DNA of 64,000 bases. It comes from Oikopleura dioica. Its lineage: Eukaryota > Animalia > Chordata. Below are positions 47,548 to 59,468 of this stretch, piece after piece (within the stretch, counting starts at the first letter, position 1; each line of letters begins with the position of its first letter). The position numbers and the translations under genes are program-made. The stretch covers positions 1,922,001-1,986,000 of the forward strand of contig OU015568.1 in NCBI GenBank assembly GCA_907165135.1. Direction: 5' to 3'. Under the pieces are notes generated by a model. The model saw nothing but the letters and a program-made list of their open reading frames with translations. It did not search any database and had not been told where the DNA came from.

Positions 47548-48225
47548 ATGAGCTTACACATACGGGACGTTCTGACAGTCCTCGAAACATACTCGAAGTA
47601 CACGAGAGATGACCTGAAAAGAAAAATGCAAAAGAAAACGCTCCACAAAAATAAACAAATGGGTGAATTGCTCGAAGAAGCTCTTCGTGTCAGCCCTCGA
47701 CTTCTGATCAAGGGAGATATTCCTTGCCAAATGGAAATCGACCTGAAAGTGATGGTGAAGGCAATCCAACAAATTCTGATGAAAGGAGAGATGGACGAAA
47801 TACAGCTGAAAGTTTCTGTGTCTGCTCAACTCAAGCGAATCGAGTTCGAGGAGAAATCTTTTGAAGCGAAATTGAACGAAACCGAAGCAGCCATCAAAGA
47901 AAATGATAAAGAGCTAGAATCTCTGAAACTCAAGCGGAGCAAATTGAACGCCAGGAAGACTCAGTATCAAGAAAAGCTCAAGATTTTAGCGACGACAAAA
48001 GAAGCGTTGAAGAAAAAGGGAACCCTCTCAAGCAAAAAAGATACAGCAGAAGAGAACTCCTGCAAAATTTGTTACGAGCGCTTTGACAAAAATCTTCACC
48101 ATCTCTCCTGTATCACGAAATGCTTTCATACCTTTTGCCATTCCTGTCTAATTTCTCTCGAGCCCAAGAACTGCCCGAACTGCCGGGAGACTTTCAATGA
48201 AGACGAGATCCGAAAACTTTTTTGA
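47548..48225 (+). CDS. Coiled-coil + C-terminal RING finger protein
   Basis: Single-exon 225 aa ORF with a long K/E-rich heptad region, then CKIC...CFHTFCHSCL...CPNCR. Confidence 0.85.
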   Translation: MSLHIRDVLTVLETYSKYTRDDLKRKMQKKTLHKNKQMGELLEEALRVSPRLLIKGDIPCQMEIDLKVMVKAIQQILMKGEMDEIQLKVSVSAQLKRIEFEEKSFEAKLNETEAAIKENDKELESLKLKRSKLNARKTQYQEKLKILATTKEALKKKGTLSSKKDTAEENSCKICYERFDKNLHHLSCITKCFHTFCHSCLISLEPKNCPNCRETFNEDEIRKLF

Positions 48226-49079
48226 TCCTATTGAAGAGGAATAAACCCTTTGATTTCTCAGAAAACTTGTGCGTTATTTATTTACAGCGCTGTAATTGAA
48301 ATAAAACAGATAAGTTTCATAAGAAAAAACTTTTTTTGTTAATTTTTTGGGGAGATATTGAGTCAACTTATTTTTTCGGATGCACACTTGAATTCAAAAA
48401 AAGCTAAATGCAAGTGCAGTTCCACTCGTTAGTGCTTGATTTGGTCATTTTTTCGTAACTCTATCTCCACATCTTACAGTCAATGAGTCAGGAGAGTAAG
48501 AATACAGGGCAATACAGTCGGAAAATGACCCGGGAATTTACACCGTCCATAAAAAGAGCAGATGAACCTCGATACTGAAAACTATCACTTTTTCTTATTC
48601 TTCGGTTTTCCCTCTTTTCAGAAACTGGAACTCGACCGTTAGATGGCGCCAGAGGACGGACGATAGCGACTCGATCTGTCGAACTTCCTGGGCGCGAAGA
48701 CGTTTCGAGATGGAACGGGTTGGGGAGGCTGTGAGACGCATGGGCACGCATCCGAACTACCCATTGCAAAGTTTAATCTGAAAAGAAACGCTTTTGATAT
48801 TATCTCTTCAAAAAACATCATTTTTTACCTGAAAAAATCAGATTTTTTTCCTGACTAAAGAAATCCATTCGGAAAAAATTCTTTTATCCGGCAATGAAGC
48901 ATTGGAAAACCGCGCGCTGAAAAGCTTTCGTAAATATTTTTGACTTTTTTCATTATGCTAACATAAAGAAAATCGAAATCCATGTTGGTTATTTTATAAT
49001 TGGTGTGTTTTGATAAGCAATTATGAACTCGTGTTAATTTTCTTCAAATATTTTCGAAACTAAGAGTAACTCTTATTGA

Positions 49080-50848
49080 AGGTGGCAATTGTTCTTTCGG
49101 TTATGCAAATGTCAGAAAAGTTTCAGTTCAAATTACCGTTTTAGATCTGAAAGGACAGCTAAAAGAGAGACAACATCAGTCATGTTACTCAAGATCTACT
49201 TCTTGATATTCGCGATAGAAGCTCAACGTGGGGACATAAGAGATGATTGCCCGTAAGTTAATTCGATATCATCATCTGTATAGGAGTCACTTTCAGTGAT
49301 GCTGAACTAGGGGAAGTTTGCTTTGATTTTTGTGAGGAAAAATACATAAAATGTTTGAGCGATTGCACCAGCTCATATTGTGAGCTTGAGTGTGCTCCTG
49401 TCCTTACAGGTAAAAAAATTTTGAGAGAGCTTATTGACTGAAGTTAAGATTGTTACACTGCATGCCCTTGCTTTCGTGATTGTCCTGAGGGCTGTGAAAA
49501 CTGTCCGAATAGCATTTGCCTATGCGTGGACCCCGAAAACAATCCGTACACAAAGCAATGTTCAAAAGCCGCTTTCACTAGGCTTGATTTATGTCTCGAA
49601 AGCTGTTACCTCGACAAAAACTGCATGGACGACTGCCTCGACAACTACAAAGAGGAAATAGATTATTGTCCTTGCATGAAAAACTGCCCTATGGGATGCT
49701 CTTGCGAAGGGGGATACACTTGCCCAGAGCATGTGACTGTTCTTTGTCAGAGTCGATCTGAAGACATTGAGATTTGGCGCTATACAAATATCAATTATGT
49801 CATTTCAACGGACGGAAAGTTCAAAGTTGTAGAAAAAATTTTCATATTGTCTTAAAAACTTAGGAAAACCGATTTTATGAGGTCCCACAAACGAGCACAT
49901 ACCCTTATCTTGAATGGTCTGGTCATGCGATTCTTCGAGGAGAGGTTTACTTTTTTGGCTCGAGATCTGAGCTCACAAAGAAGGTTTGAATTAATTAATT
50001 TTGTTAGTAAAGATCGTTTAGATTGCAAAACTCTCTGGTTGCCGAATAGAAACGACGAAAAAACAGCTATTGAATGCGTTCGACACAGCTTATGGCTCTC
50101 TTGTTTCTTTGACCGGTGGTGAAATGGTCATTTTATGCCAGGGAAGCACAAAAAACTGTGAAAGTTTTGATGGTGAAAAGAGTCAATCCATTGTTTCAAC
50201 AAAAGTTCAACATGAATCTGCTTGCATGGCGCAGTATAAAAACGCTCCGATTATAGTCGGCTCACACTCTCCTCGTTCAAATCGCGTTGAAATTTATACT
50301 CCAAGGTATTTTCACAGTTCTTTTTCATGTAAAGGAAGACTTAAGCTCGCAAACATTTGCCTGGGAAGACGCAACTGCTCATCCGGAGAATATATTTTCT
50401 CAAACATGTCTCTCTGTAATTAACGGAGTTCTTACTATCGGTGGATATTTGAATGAAATCGATGATGGACCAACAAGAAATATTTACCTCTACCGGGATG
50501 ATCAATGGAGTCTTGTTGGAGAACTACAATATGTTTTTTTTCATTGCATTTTTTTCTAACAAAACTTTCTTAGTTTAATCGGTTTGGCTCTTCGATTTAC
50601 TTTGGAGATTATTTTCTTGTATTTGGTGGGAATTATGGAACAAAGTGAGCAATAAATCAATAGTTTTTTTTAAAAACAGTGAATTAAGCTACGTCGAAAA
50701 AGTCATCTGGGATGGTCAAAATGTTACTTCTTCGACAGTCATCAACATTCATGAAGGCGATTGCCGCCGTCCGATCATTTTCGAATCTGATCCTGATGTT
50801 TGTTCAGAGAACTGTCAAGATTTCTGCTATTACCAATATGAAGGTTGA
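49080..50848 (+). CDS. Cys-rich repeat + Kelch-like beta-propeller protein (5' end uncertain)
   Basis: Dense Cys repeats (CPCFRDCPEGC, CLESC, CPCMKNCPMGC) precede Kelch-like blades (GEVYFFG, APIIVG, GVLTIGG, FLVFGG) across short GT-AG introns. Confidence 0.6.
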
Positions 50849-51130
50849 ATAAACTAAACGAAAAAGGGATTCGGCTTCATTTTATCCAAGACCTCATTTC
50901 GGCAATATTCGGACGAAGAACAACTTCATCCTCGCTTTCCATAGCTCTCCCAATACGGTGTCATCCAAATTTTCCAGAATCATCTCACGAGAACAAGATC
51001 GTTATAAATTTTTGTCTGGGGTGATGTCTCCTCGTCACCAAGGAGAATATCTTCCTTGATGGTACAGGGAACACCGTATGGTATCGTTAGTATCATTCGA
51101 CCGTCACAGTTTGAAATAACTGCTCTTGCT

Positions 51131-51550
51131 CAGGGTCCAAAAAAAGTGAGATGAAGGTGAGGTGATTTTCAAAAAAAGTGCACTTTTAGGTCACCTTAAA
51201 AATCGCTTTTTCACAAAAGTTGAAAGTGAAGTGAAGGTGAGGTCATTGCCCAAAAAAGTTCACCTTTAGGTGCACCTTAAAAATGCTTTTTTCAAAAAAG
51301 TCTTAGGTGAGGTGATTTCTGCGAAAAAGTGCATCTTAAATAGGCAATTTTCAAAAAATTTTTAGGTGAAGCGGATGAAGTGAAGGTGATAAAATTTTCC
51401 AAAAAGTGCACCTCTTGACCTTCACCCCCTTAAGTGCACCTTCGAAGTGACCTTTTTGAAAGATTTAAAGGTGAGGTGGGTGAAGTGATAATTTCACTTT
51501 CGATTATTTTCCAAAAAGTGCACCCTAAAGTGAGGTGATTTCGAACCCTG
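51131..51550. mobile_element. hAT-type MITE (420 bp)
   Basis: Termini CAGGGTCC...GAACCCTG. 8-bp flanks CTCTTGCT / CACTTGCT (7/8 identical). At least nine internal AGGTGA motifs plus GTGCACC/TCACCT motifs. Confidence 0.8.
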
Positions 51551-51837
51551 CACTTGCTTGTAAAGATCTCTGCTCTTCACAATTTTAAAGTACTCACTGG
51601 TCATTTTGCCTAGTCAGAACAACAGTCAACAACAGAATGCCGTGACGTTTCTGTGAATTCCGGTGTTGGCATATTACGGTCTCTTTTCCATGATAAAAAC
51701 ATCCACGCTTAAATTTCCATGGTAAAATGGATGACCCGGAACCACAGATTTCGGGAATAAATTTGGCCAGCGCTTCACCACAGTCGTATTAAAAGGACGC
51801 AATGACACCTTTCAGCAACAAAATGTTCAACCTTAAC

Positions 51838-52317
51838 ATGGTCAAATCATTGTTCTTGCTTATTCACTTTGCTTCGGCGGAGAGTCTCTTCATCAAGTTA
51901 CAACTGCCTCGGTTTGAAAAACTGGTCGGTTCGGAGATCGATTTGAGCGGCCCGATCGCAGTCCAGTCTAAAAATGACTGTATAAGCCTCTGTCGATCGA
52001 CATCTCTATTCATCAGCCCGACTAGACAATACGATTCTTCATGTGACTCGCTGGAAATCTACAATAACGGAAAATGCTCTCTCAATAAAATTCCCTCCCT
52101 GGAAAAATTCATCGTCGACAAAACCGGATCTCGCGCCCTATCCTGCAACTTTCTCTGCGGATTGATGTCTGATTGTAAGGTCGTTCAAACCGAGACCAAG
52201 ACAACGACCAGAATGACTTACAAGACCTGTTCATTTTTCAACGGAATAGGTCAAATCCAGCGAACAAAGTTAGCTGTGGAAATTGAAGTCAAAAGAAGCA
52301 AATTTTATGAAAAATGA
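51838..52317 (+). CDS. Small secreted Cys-containing protein, PAN/apple-like
   Basis: Signal peptide MVKSLFLLIHFASA, followed by two segments with a CxxLC...C...C pattern (DCISLC...SCDSLE...KCSL; SCNFLC...DCKVV...TCSF). Confidence 0.55.
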   Translation: MVKSLFLLIHFASAESLFIKLQLPRFEKLVGSEIDLSGPIAVQSKNDCISLCRSTSLFISPTRQYDSSCDSLEIYNNGKCSLNKIPSLEKFIVDKTGSRALSCNFLCGLMSDCKVVQTETKTTTRMTYKTCSFFNGIGQIQRTKLAVEIEVKRSKFYEK

Positions 52318-52461
52318 TACTTTTGAAATGAAGCCGAATTAATAAAGCAATTTGCAAACGAATTTCTCATATTTGGTTCATTGTTAAAAGAAACAGTCGA
52401 TTAGTAGTTGTCCGTTTTTGGATAAAAAGCGCAGAAAATACTTTATACAGTATAAAGCCGG

Positions 52462-53402
52462 CTACTTGACTCGCTTGGCCGAACTAGTCACTTGAACCTT
52501 CGTCAACTTCGCATACGCGCTCAAGGTGTACTTAAAGCAATAGTTCAAACAGTCCAATCAAAAATAAATCAACTTACGTTTCTGTCTTCATATTTGACCT
52601 TTTTGCTTCCAAGGGGCTCCATTTCGGCGATTTGCGCGTCTGTGACGTCGATGTATCGCTGGTCTTGTCCATCTTTGGCGATGATTTCGCGATTACGACC
52701 GCCATCAGATGACTTTTCCTCTCGTCTTAATTGAGTTCATTTATTATGATTTTTCCGTTCTCAATCATTTTTGTTAGTCAATTTAATTAATTTTATGATA
52801 ATTCATAAAAAATGATAAATATGATGGTTTCTTAGTGTAATAATGTGGTTAGAATGACTATTCTTAATTTAAAGTCTCATGATAAATTGGCATGATATTA
52901 ATCACTTATTTAGTAATCTAAATTCCTACTATGCCTACTATTCCTACTATTCCTACAGTAGGAATAGTAAAACTCCTTTAAATTCCTCCTTTGCTAAAAT
53001 CCTTACTTGGGTATCAGACCACGTCTAAAATATATTTTCAAAAATGTTCTTGACTTTCAAAGATTTCACCTTGCTAAAACTGGCTTCGCAGAGACTGATG
53101 ATCCACCATTGTCTTCAAATCCAGATTCGCTATCTGTCACCGCAGCTTAAAAAAGAAGCATATTTAGCATTTTTGCCGAATGTCAGCCCAAAGGTTCTTT
53201 TCCAGAACCCCTGTTTAGTCTCAATTGTGCAATAAAAACGATCATAAAATGATAAATTTCATGACTATAGTTCGAGACTATTCTTGTAGCCCTCATATTT
53301 CTTACCTTTCCAGTATAATTTAGGCGCAACATATCCGTCACTATCTGTTTCTCCTCCAACTCCCATTGGTGGTGCGGCGGCCTCATCTTCAAATCGGCTC
53401 AT
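52462..53402 (-). CDS. Unknown hydrophilic protein (multi-exon)
   Basis: Open exons bounded by GT/AG: MSRFEDEAAAPPMG..., ETKQGFWKRTFG, ...DGQDQRYIDVTDAQIAEMEP..., YTLSAYAKLTK. No family recognised. Confidence 0.4.
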
Positions 53403-54134
53403 AATATTGAATATCTTCAAAAAAAAAAATTCTTTAGTAAAACATGAAGGGTACATTATTAAATCAGATGTATAAGCAGTCTTTATCTCTCTAAAAAAGT
53501 ATAAACTGACAAAAAGAGAAGTGCGTTTTTCTCTAAAGATAAAAAGCCAAAATCTAAGAAGTAGACGCCTTTTTAAGTAAACATTTCTCAAGTCATCGTA
53601 AAAGGTAATGCCTAGTGAGTAGGTCCCGTGGACTTTTACGATTATTACTTCACCAGTCATTATATTTAACGCGGCGGATTTGAAATTGAAAAACGCAAAT
53701 GCAATTTAATTGAGGTCAATAAGGTCAGAAGCTTGTTTCGATGGAAAGTTTATTCTCGAGGAAACAGAGCATTGAAATCTCTAGTGCAGCTGCTCGTTGA
53801 CTCCAAAGAAGAATTCACGTAAACAGAAGACGAGCGTAAAAACTATGAAAAGTAGAAAGACGATGATGTTGTCAATAGTTTGGTTCTTATTTTGTAAGCT
53901 TTCAACCCTTTACCATACTGAGATTCCATCTGCTTTAATATCTGACGCTGGTACTTTCTTGGAGAAAACAATCAAGTTCAAGTGCAGACTGTAGAGTGTG
54001 TGGCGCGATAAGCCGCCGGTCGCTACAGTACTCGTTCAGCGCTAGAATCATCATCTGATAAAACTGCGTTCTTTTGCGTTCTGCAATAAACGATTCTCTA
54101 GAATGTTGTTTTCTTAGTCTTTTTTTCACAGAAA

Positions 54135-55303
54135 CCTTCTCAGTTCACCCGAAGCCTTGAAAGGAGCATGGCAGCAGGTAAAAATAATTAAATCTATTCA
54201 ATGAATATTTTTCTTTTCTTCTCAAAGGGAACAGTTCGCAATTTCTACGAGCTCGAGCGACAGCTCTACCAATAGATGGGTTGAGTCCAAGGCAGACCTC
54301 CCGAATGTCTCATATTGGTCAGAGATTAGGATCCGCTGGTCAATCGCGTAAAAGTATCAAGCCAAGGAACAGGTGTATTTGATTTGAAAAGCCCTAAAAT
54401 ATCGTTATCCAAATGGACAGTAAACTATCAAACCTCTTCCTAAGAATGAGCATCAACAACTTTCGAATGAGCATCGTCCAAGGAAACATGGGCCGAGGTC
54501 GCCGACTCCCTCAGAATCTTGGCGCTCTGAAGCCTGAAAGTAAGAAACCGAAATGCCAAGCTTGGAGACTCCCGATCGAGAAACAGAAAATCATCAACGT
54601 CGGAAAAAGAAGAACGGCAATCTTTGAATACAAAGAATTCTACTACTTCTGTCCAGCGTGCAATGTCTCATTTGTCGATTTTGACGAGTATCAGGAATGA
54701 TTTAAAAGCTCATTTTCTTCCTTAATTTCAAGATAAGGGCAAATTTGGAAATCTAAAAAAGTCTCATTTGATCGTGCGTGAACTCTCACTGCAACAAGAA
54801 GAGATGCTGGACGAAATTTCGCGACAGATAAAAGATCAGAATTTGAGGAGAGCGAACAAGGAGATCATGAACGAATTTGGGCGGAAAAGGAAAGGCTAGA
54901 GCTTTTGTCGCGAATTCCGCTCAGCGAAATCGAACATTGAGAACTGACGAAACTCAGCCTCTTGAAGCTTTGCCGTCCACCGACGAAAGAGCACAAGAAA
55001 AAAGGAACCCGAAATCGCGTCATTTTTGAGTCAAGCAGAAGAAGTTGAAATTCATCTGAGCTCGCTTAACAAAAAGAAAGACTACCGGTATGCAAAGAAT
55101 CTCCTATAAAAATCAGAATAATTTTTGTCAGAGATACGGACTTTCACTTCAACATCCGGGAGAAGCAAAAGTTCTACGACATGAAAGAAGCGCTTGAAAA
55201 CGCGAAAAAGGCGAAAGCAAGACTCTCCGCGTATCGAACAAAAGTTGTCGTGAAAAATATTGCCAAGTTTCACGAAGTCTCAGAAACGAATCTTCTTTCA
55301 TAG
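54135..55303 (+). CDS. Unknown protein with a CxxC zinc-finger-like segment and charged C-terminus (structure uncertain)
   Basis: Spliced open segments lead to YFCPACNVSFVDFDEYQ and a K/E-rich tail. I could not join the frames cleanly after 54700. Confidence 0.35.
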
Positions 55304-55480
55304 CTGCTTTTCTAAATTAACTTTTGTCTGTTGCCAGATTTTGCTAATATCTTCTTATCAAGTGAATAAAAAGATTTTCTTTTTGTTTTAGGTGTCAGGT
55401 TTTTTTACTAGATTTTTGATATTTATGTGCATCTGCTTTTTAATGTGCGAATCTCAAGAAAGTGACATTTTTAAGAAATT

Positions 55481-56240
55481 TTATTTGTGATAGTTTGCAT
55501 TAGCGATCAGTGATCGCCGATCACCAATACACATTGACCTATTATAGGACTTCATTTGCTCGGTCAGAGACGGGTCGACATCGTCATTTTCGATACTTCC
55601 AGTTGCCCGAAATAATGGGTTGTCATCAGATCCACAGCCGTAAAGTCGACCTTCGAGCCAGTGGCACAAAGAAATATTAACGTCTTGATGAAGCCAAAAT
55701 TTTGTCGCAACTTCAAATTTGCACTTTGACTTATTGACGTCTTTTAGATTTTCGCAGATGACCTGGCCGTTTTTATGTTGTTGATCGTCGCACTTAAATT
55801 TTGATTGATTCCATAGAGACTTACCATTCCACATGTAACACTGATCATGTGATAGACACGCGGCTTCCAAGTCATGCATGATTAACCCTGAGTTTCCGAT
55901 AACGTCATGCAAATCAGTGCACCATTGTTTGCCTTTTGGAAAGTCCCATTTTTCGTTTCTGCTACATCTCGTTGGGGTACCACACCTATAATTTAAGTAA
56001 AAAGGAATTCAGTTGAAAATAAATTTTTGAGACTTACTTGTCAAAAACGTGTCTTTGCAGCTGTTCACTAGTCATGTTGATCTTACATCCGCTGCTGAGT
56101 TTCTTTCGTGGAATATTAATCGTTTTACCGTCAAAACAGTACCATTTCACATCAGAGCAACGGGAAGATGAGCTACTCGAGCTACTCGAGCTACTCGAGC
56201 TTGAGCTGCTGCAAGCGGCGGCAACTTGTTTGTGTTTCAT
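55481..56240 (-). CDS. Phospholipase A2-like protein with poly-Ser N-terminus
   Basis: Two exons joined in frame (...HVFDK|CGTP...). DLEAACLSHDQCY resembles the PLA2 CxxHDxCY catalytic motif, followed by KCD. Confidence 0.5.
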
Positions 56241-56534
56241 TTTATAAATAAAATTAAAAACAAGAAAAAAAAATTATAATCATGTATAATTATCAAAACA
56301 TGATAAATGATTATTTATCATTCTCTGTTTAAAGTGAAAACTTTCCTTGGAGAAGAAAAAATAGATCTTTCATTTTTAATTTTCTGCTCAATTTCTAGCG
56401 TTTATATATTTTTTACTTTGAGAACAGCGCCACTGCAAAGCTCGGCGCTCTAGGATTGCAATTTTGCTGAGTTAGCTGCTGCATGCAACCCGTTGGCACA
56501 TAAATATCTTCGAAATTCTCGATTTTTCACAAAA

Positions 56535-58136
56535 ATGATTTTTTATTTTATTTTCAGCGGGGCAAGAGCTCTCTTTAACGAGGAATTCGTTGGGTCCTGC
56601 AATGCTCCAACAACGCTGAATTTTAAGAAAAGCAAGTTTCTCCCATGTAAGTTACCTTTCATTTTGTGTTATGAATTGCTTTCCAGAATCTTTTTGACAA
56701 TTTATATCCTTTTTTTTGCAACGAAATCGTATTATGATAAACTTATTCATTTTTCAAGGGCAAATTGAATTTGAGTCGCCCTGGCTCAAAGTGACCAACC
56801 CAATTTCTCCAGAAGTCAACGAGTTTTACTTGGATGAAGGCATCAAAAACGACATGTGCTGGGGAATGCGTTATTCGATGATGAATAACGTCAAGGAAAG
56901 TGCTTTTTTATCAAAGAAATTCTTGATTCAAAAATTAATTCAAATTTAAAAATGATAAAAAAACACCCCGAAAAGTTTCATTCGAAGAATTTCGGCGGAA
57001 AGTTTGACTTGTACATTCCGAAAGAAATCCCAGATTGGATGAGTGTCCGCTGCACTTCGGAGAAAAAGATCCGTGTACCTCGTTCGAAATCAAATATTGC
57101 TGCCCATCAACATTCGATAATGACGAGGAACTTGAAAAAGCTGAGTTGCCCTTTCCCGTTTTTAATTATGAGAAGCAAGGAAGCTGCTCAGAAGGGGCAA
57201 CCCAGTATGAGCTTGGAGAGTTTATTGATGTTGAAGGTAAAAGATTAAGAAATTAATTGATAAACATTGTTTCAATCAGATTTATTTTAAATGAAATTTA
57301 ATCGAAATAAAAAAAATATTAGAAATTTTATTTCAAATTATATGATATTATATAATATAATTAATATATGATATTTCAGAAGAAGACGAGTTCTGGAGCC
57401 ACTGGTTTTCCGCGACAAATCCGAGTGCACCGGAAGTCAACGGTCTGTTTTTCAACCCTGGAACAAGACGTGATATCTGTCGAGGCATCAGACTTAAGAA
57501 CTCGGGCTACAGTTTCTCGTCGTATCTTCTCGGAGGTGAAAAGAACATCACCAGCGCCACTCCGGACTGGATGACCGTGCGATGTACGGATAAAAACTGT
57601 CAGCGATTCGAAGGTTGAGGGAAAAATCTTTTTTATTTTCATTGATAAATTTTGTATTGTCAATTTTTTCACTCAAATCAGCAAAATATTGTTGTTCGGC
57701 GCTTGAAGAACTTGACAGCAGCATCGACAGACCAGACTTACAGTTACAAGAATCAATGGATAGCCTTGTAGACGCTTTAACGAATGCAGAAGAGCTCAAG
57801 AATCGGAGCCGATTCAGAGAAAGAATGATCCGGTCTCTGAAATCGCTGAAAGATGAATTGCTCGTTGATTTCTGGAATAAAGCAAAAACTTGTTTTGCTC
57901 TGGCTTCCGCTCCCAAAAAGTACAGTTGACATTTTTTATCTTAAAATTGTACCATTTTTAGCGCTCCTGAGCCAAGCACGAAAGCGGAAGAAATTCAATA
58001 CCTCTTCTCAGAAATACGCTCCTGGGTCGAACAATTCAACAGTCGCTGCGATGACAAGCCATCAAAATACGCAGAAAAAATAATCAAAAAACTTCAGAAG
58101 AAAGAAAATCTGACTATCAATAAAATGAACAACTGA
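56535..58136 (+). CDS. Secreted protein with two mucin CysD/WxxW domains and helical C-terminus (apparent 1-nt frameshift at ~57065)
   Basis: Signal peptide MIFYFIFSGARA. Repeat 1: SPWLKVTNP...DMC...PDWMSVRCT...CTSFEIKYCC. Repeat 2: FWSHWFSATNP...DIC...PDWMTVRCT..CQRFEAKYCC. Confidence 0.7.
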
Positions 58137-59142
58137 AAACCTTTTATACTGTTTCTTTTTACATGTTTTTGAATTTCTAGACGAAGAAATACTCCGAGCA
58201 TATTCAAATGAGGGGAATAGTATAGATAAAGACCAGGCTGGAAATGCTCCTTAAACAAACAACCAGCCCGGCCATCTCCAAGCAAGCAAAATTGTGACAT
58301 ATTTAGTGGTTAAATACTGAAGTGTTTTGAACGAAAACAAGATTGACCGATTTCTCTCAATAAATGGAATTGTGATTCGTGAAATTTATCAGAACCGAAA
58401 AAACCAAAAAAAGTATGATATTTTTCAACAAAAAATCTCCCTCTGAAATGAACTGACATATTGGAAAAGCCCCAATCTAGGATGGTGATCGATAAAAAAT
58501 ATGACATAGAAATATATATTTATGATGACACAATCTGATTTAATTGTTTCAATGTATTCATCATCACTTATAAAAATTTTAATACAACATCATTTCTGTA
58601 TCAGCTCATCTTCCCGATTGTATTCAAATTCATGAGTAAAAATGAGATACAGAAAAATTTTGCAGTTTCTTTATTTATTCTTGCGTTTATTGCACCGTAA
58701 TCTGGAGAAATTTCAAACATTTGGGATTCGAAAAATACCTTCGACAGCGACAACTTGGTCCATACTTATATGGAATCGAGGATATGATTACTGAGTATGA
58801 AACAAAAACAGTTCTATTTGATTTTGACAATGAAAGGGATGGAATCAAAATGAATAAATATGTTCATTGATCAAAAATTTTGCCTGGAAGTAATAAAATA
58901 ATTTGTGATAAATTAATAAATTTACAAATTAAAGAAGAACGATTTAAGTTATCACGTGATAGAAGACGCAAAATGTTCATTTTCAAAGGTCATGTTAAAG
59001 TCATCAAACTGGCCGATTCTTTTGACCATCATTCCTGGGAAACTGAACACTTGGTCCATCAGGTCCGTAGTTGACATCAATACTTGACTTTTTCGCCGTA
59101 ACATTAAACTTGCTTAATTAGGTCCTAATAGGCCTTTCAAGA

Positions 59143-59468
59143 TTACAATGAAACTTGGAAGTAGAATAATATTTCATATTCAACAATTATGAATATTAAA
59201 AAAATTAAGTTTCCGCTCATGACAGGTCCAACTTCGCCTTCTCCACCGGAGAGTCCTTCTTTTCCACGAGCTCCATCAAGACCATCATGGCTAGGTTCAC
59301 CATCTTTGCCTGCTTCGCCATCAAGACCCACTGGGCCACGAGTACCTGAGGAGCCTCGAGGACCATCCGCACCAGCTTCGCCGTTTTCTCCATCTGTGCC
59401 ATCTTTCCCGTCGAAGCCATTCATTCCTATTTGCCCTGGAATACCAGGAGCTCCAGGCGCTCCACGCT
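59143..59468 (-). CDS. Collagen-like Gly-X-Y exon (gene ends not resolved)
   Basis: About 27 Gly-X-Y triplets (GAPGAPGIPGQIGMNGFDGKDG...GEVGPV) with one Gly-to-Ser interruption (GEP SHD GLD). A cccttcag acceptor lies at ~59461. Confidence 0.7.

Noticed and set aside
52925-52970. CCTACTAT(G/T) tandem repeat with a short hairpin
   Set aside because: Three to four short units in an intron; ordinary microsatellite-level feature.
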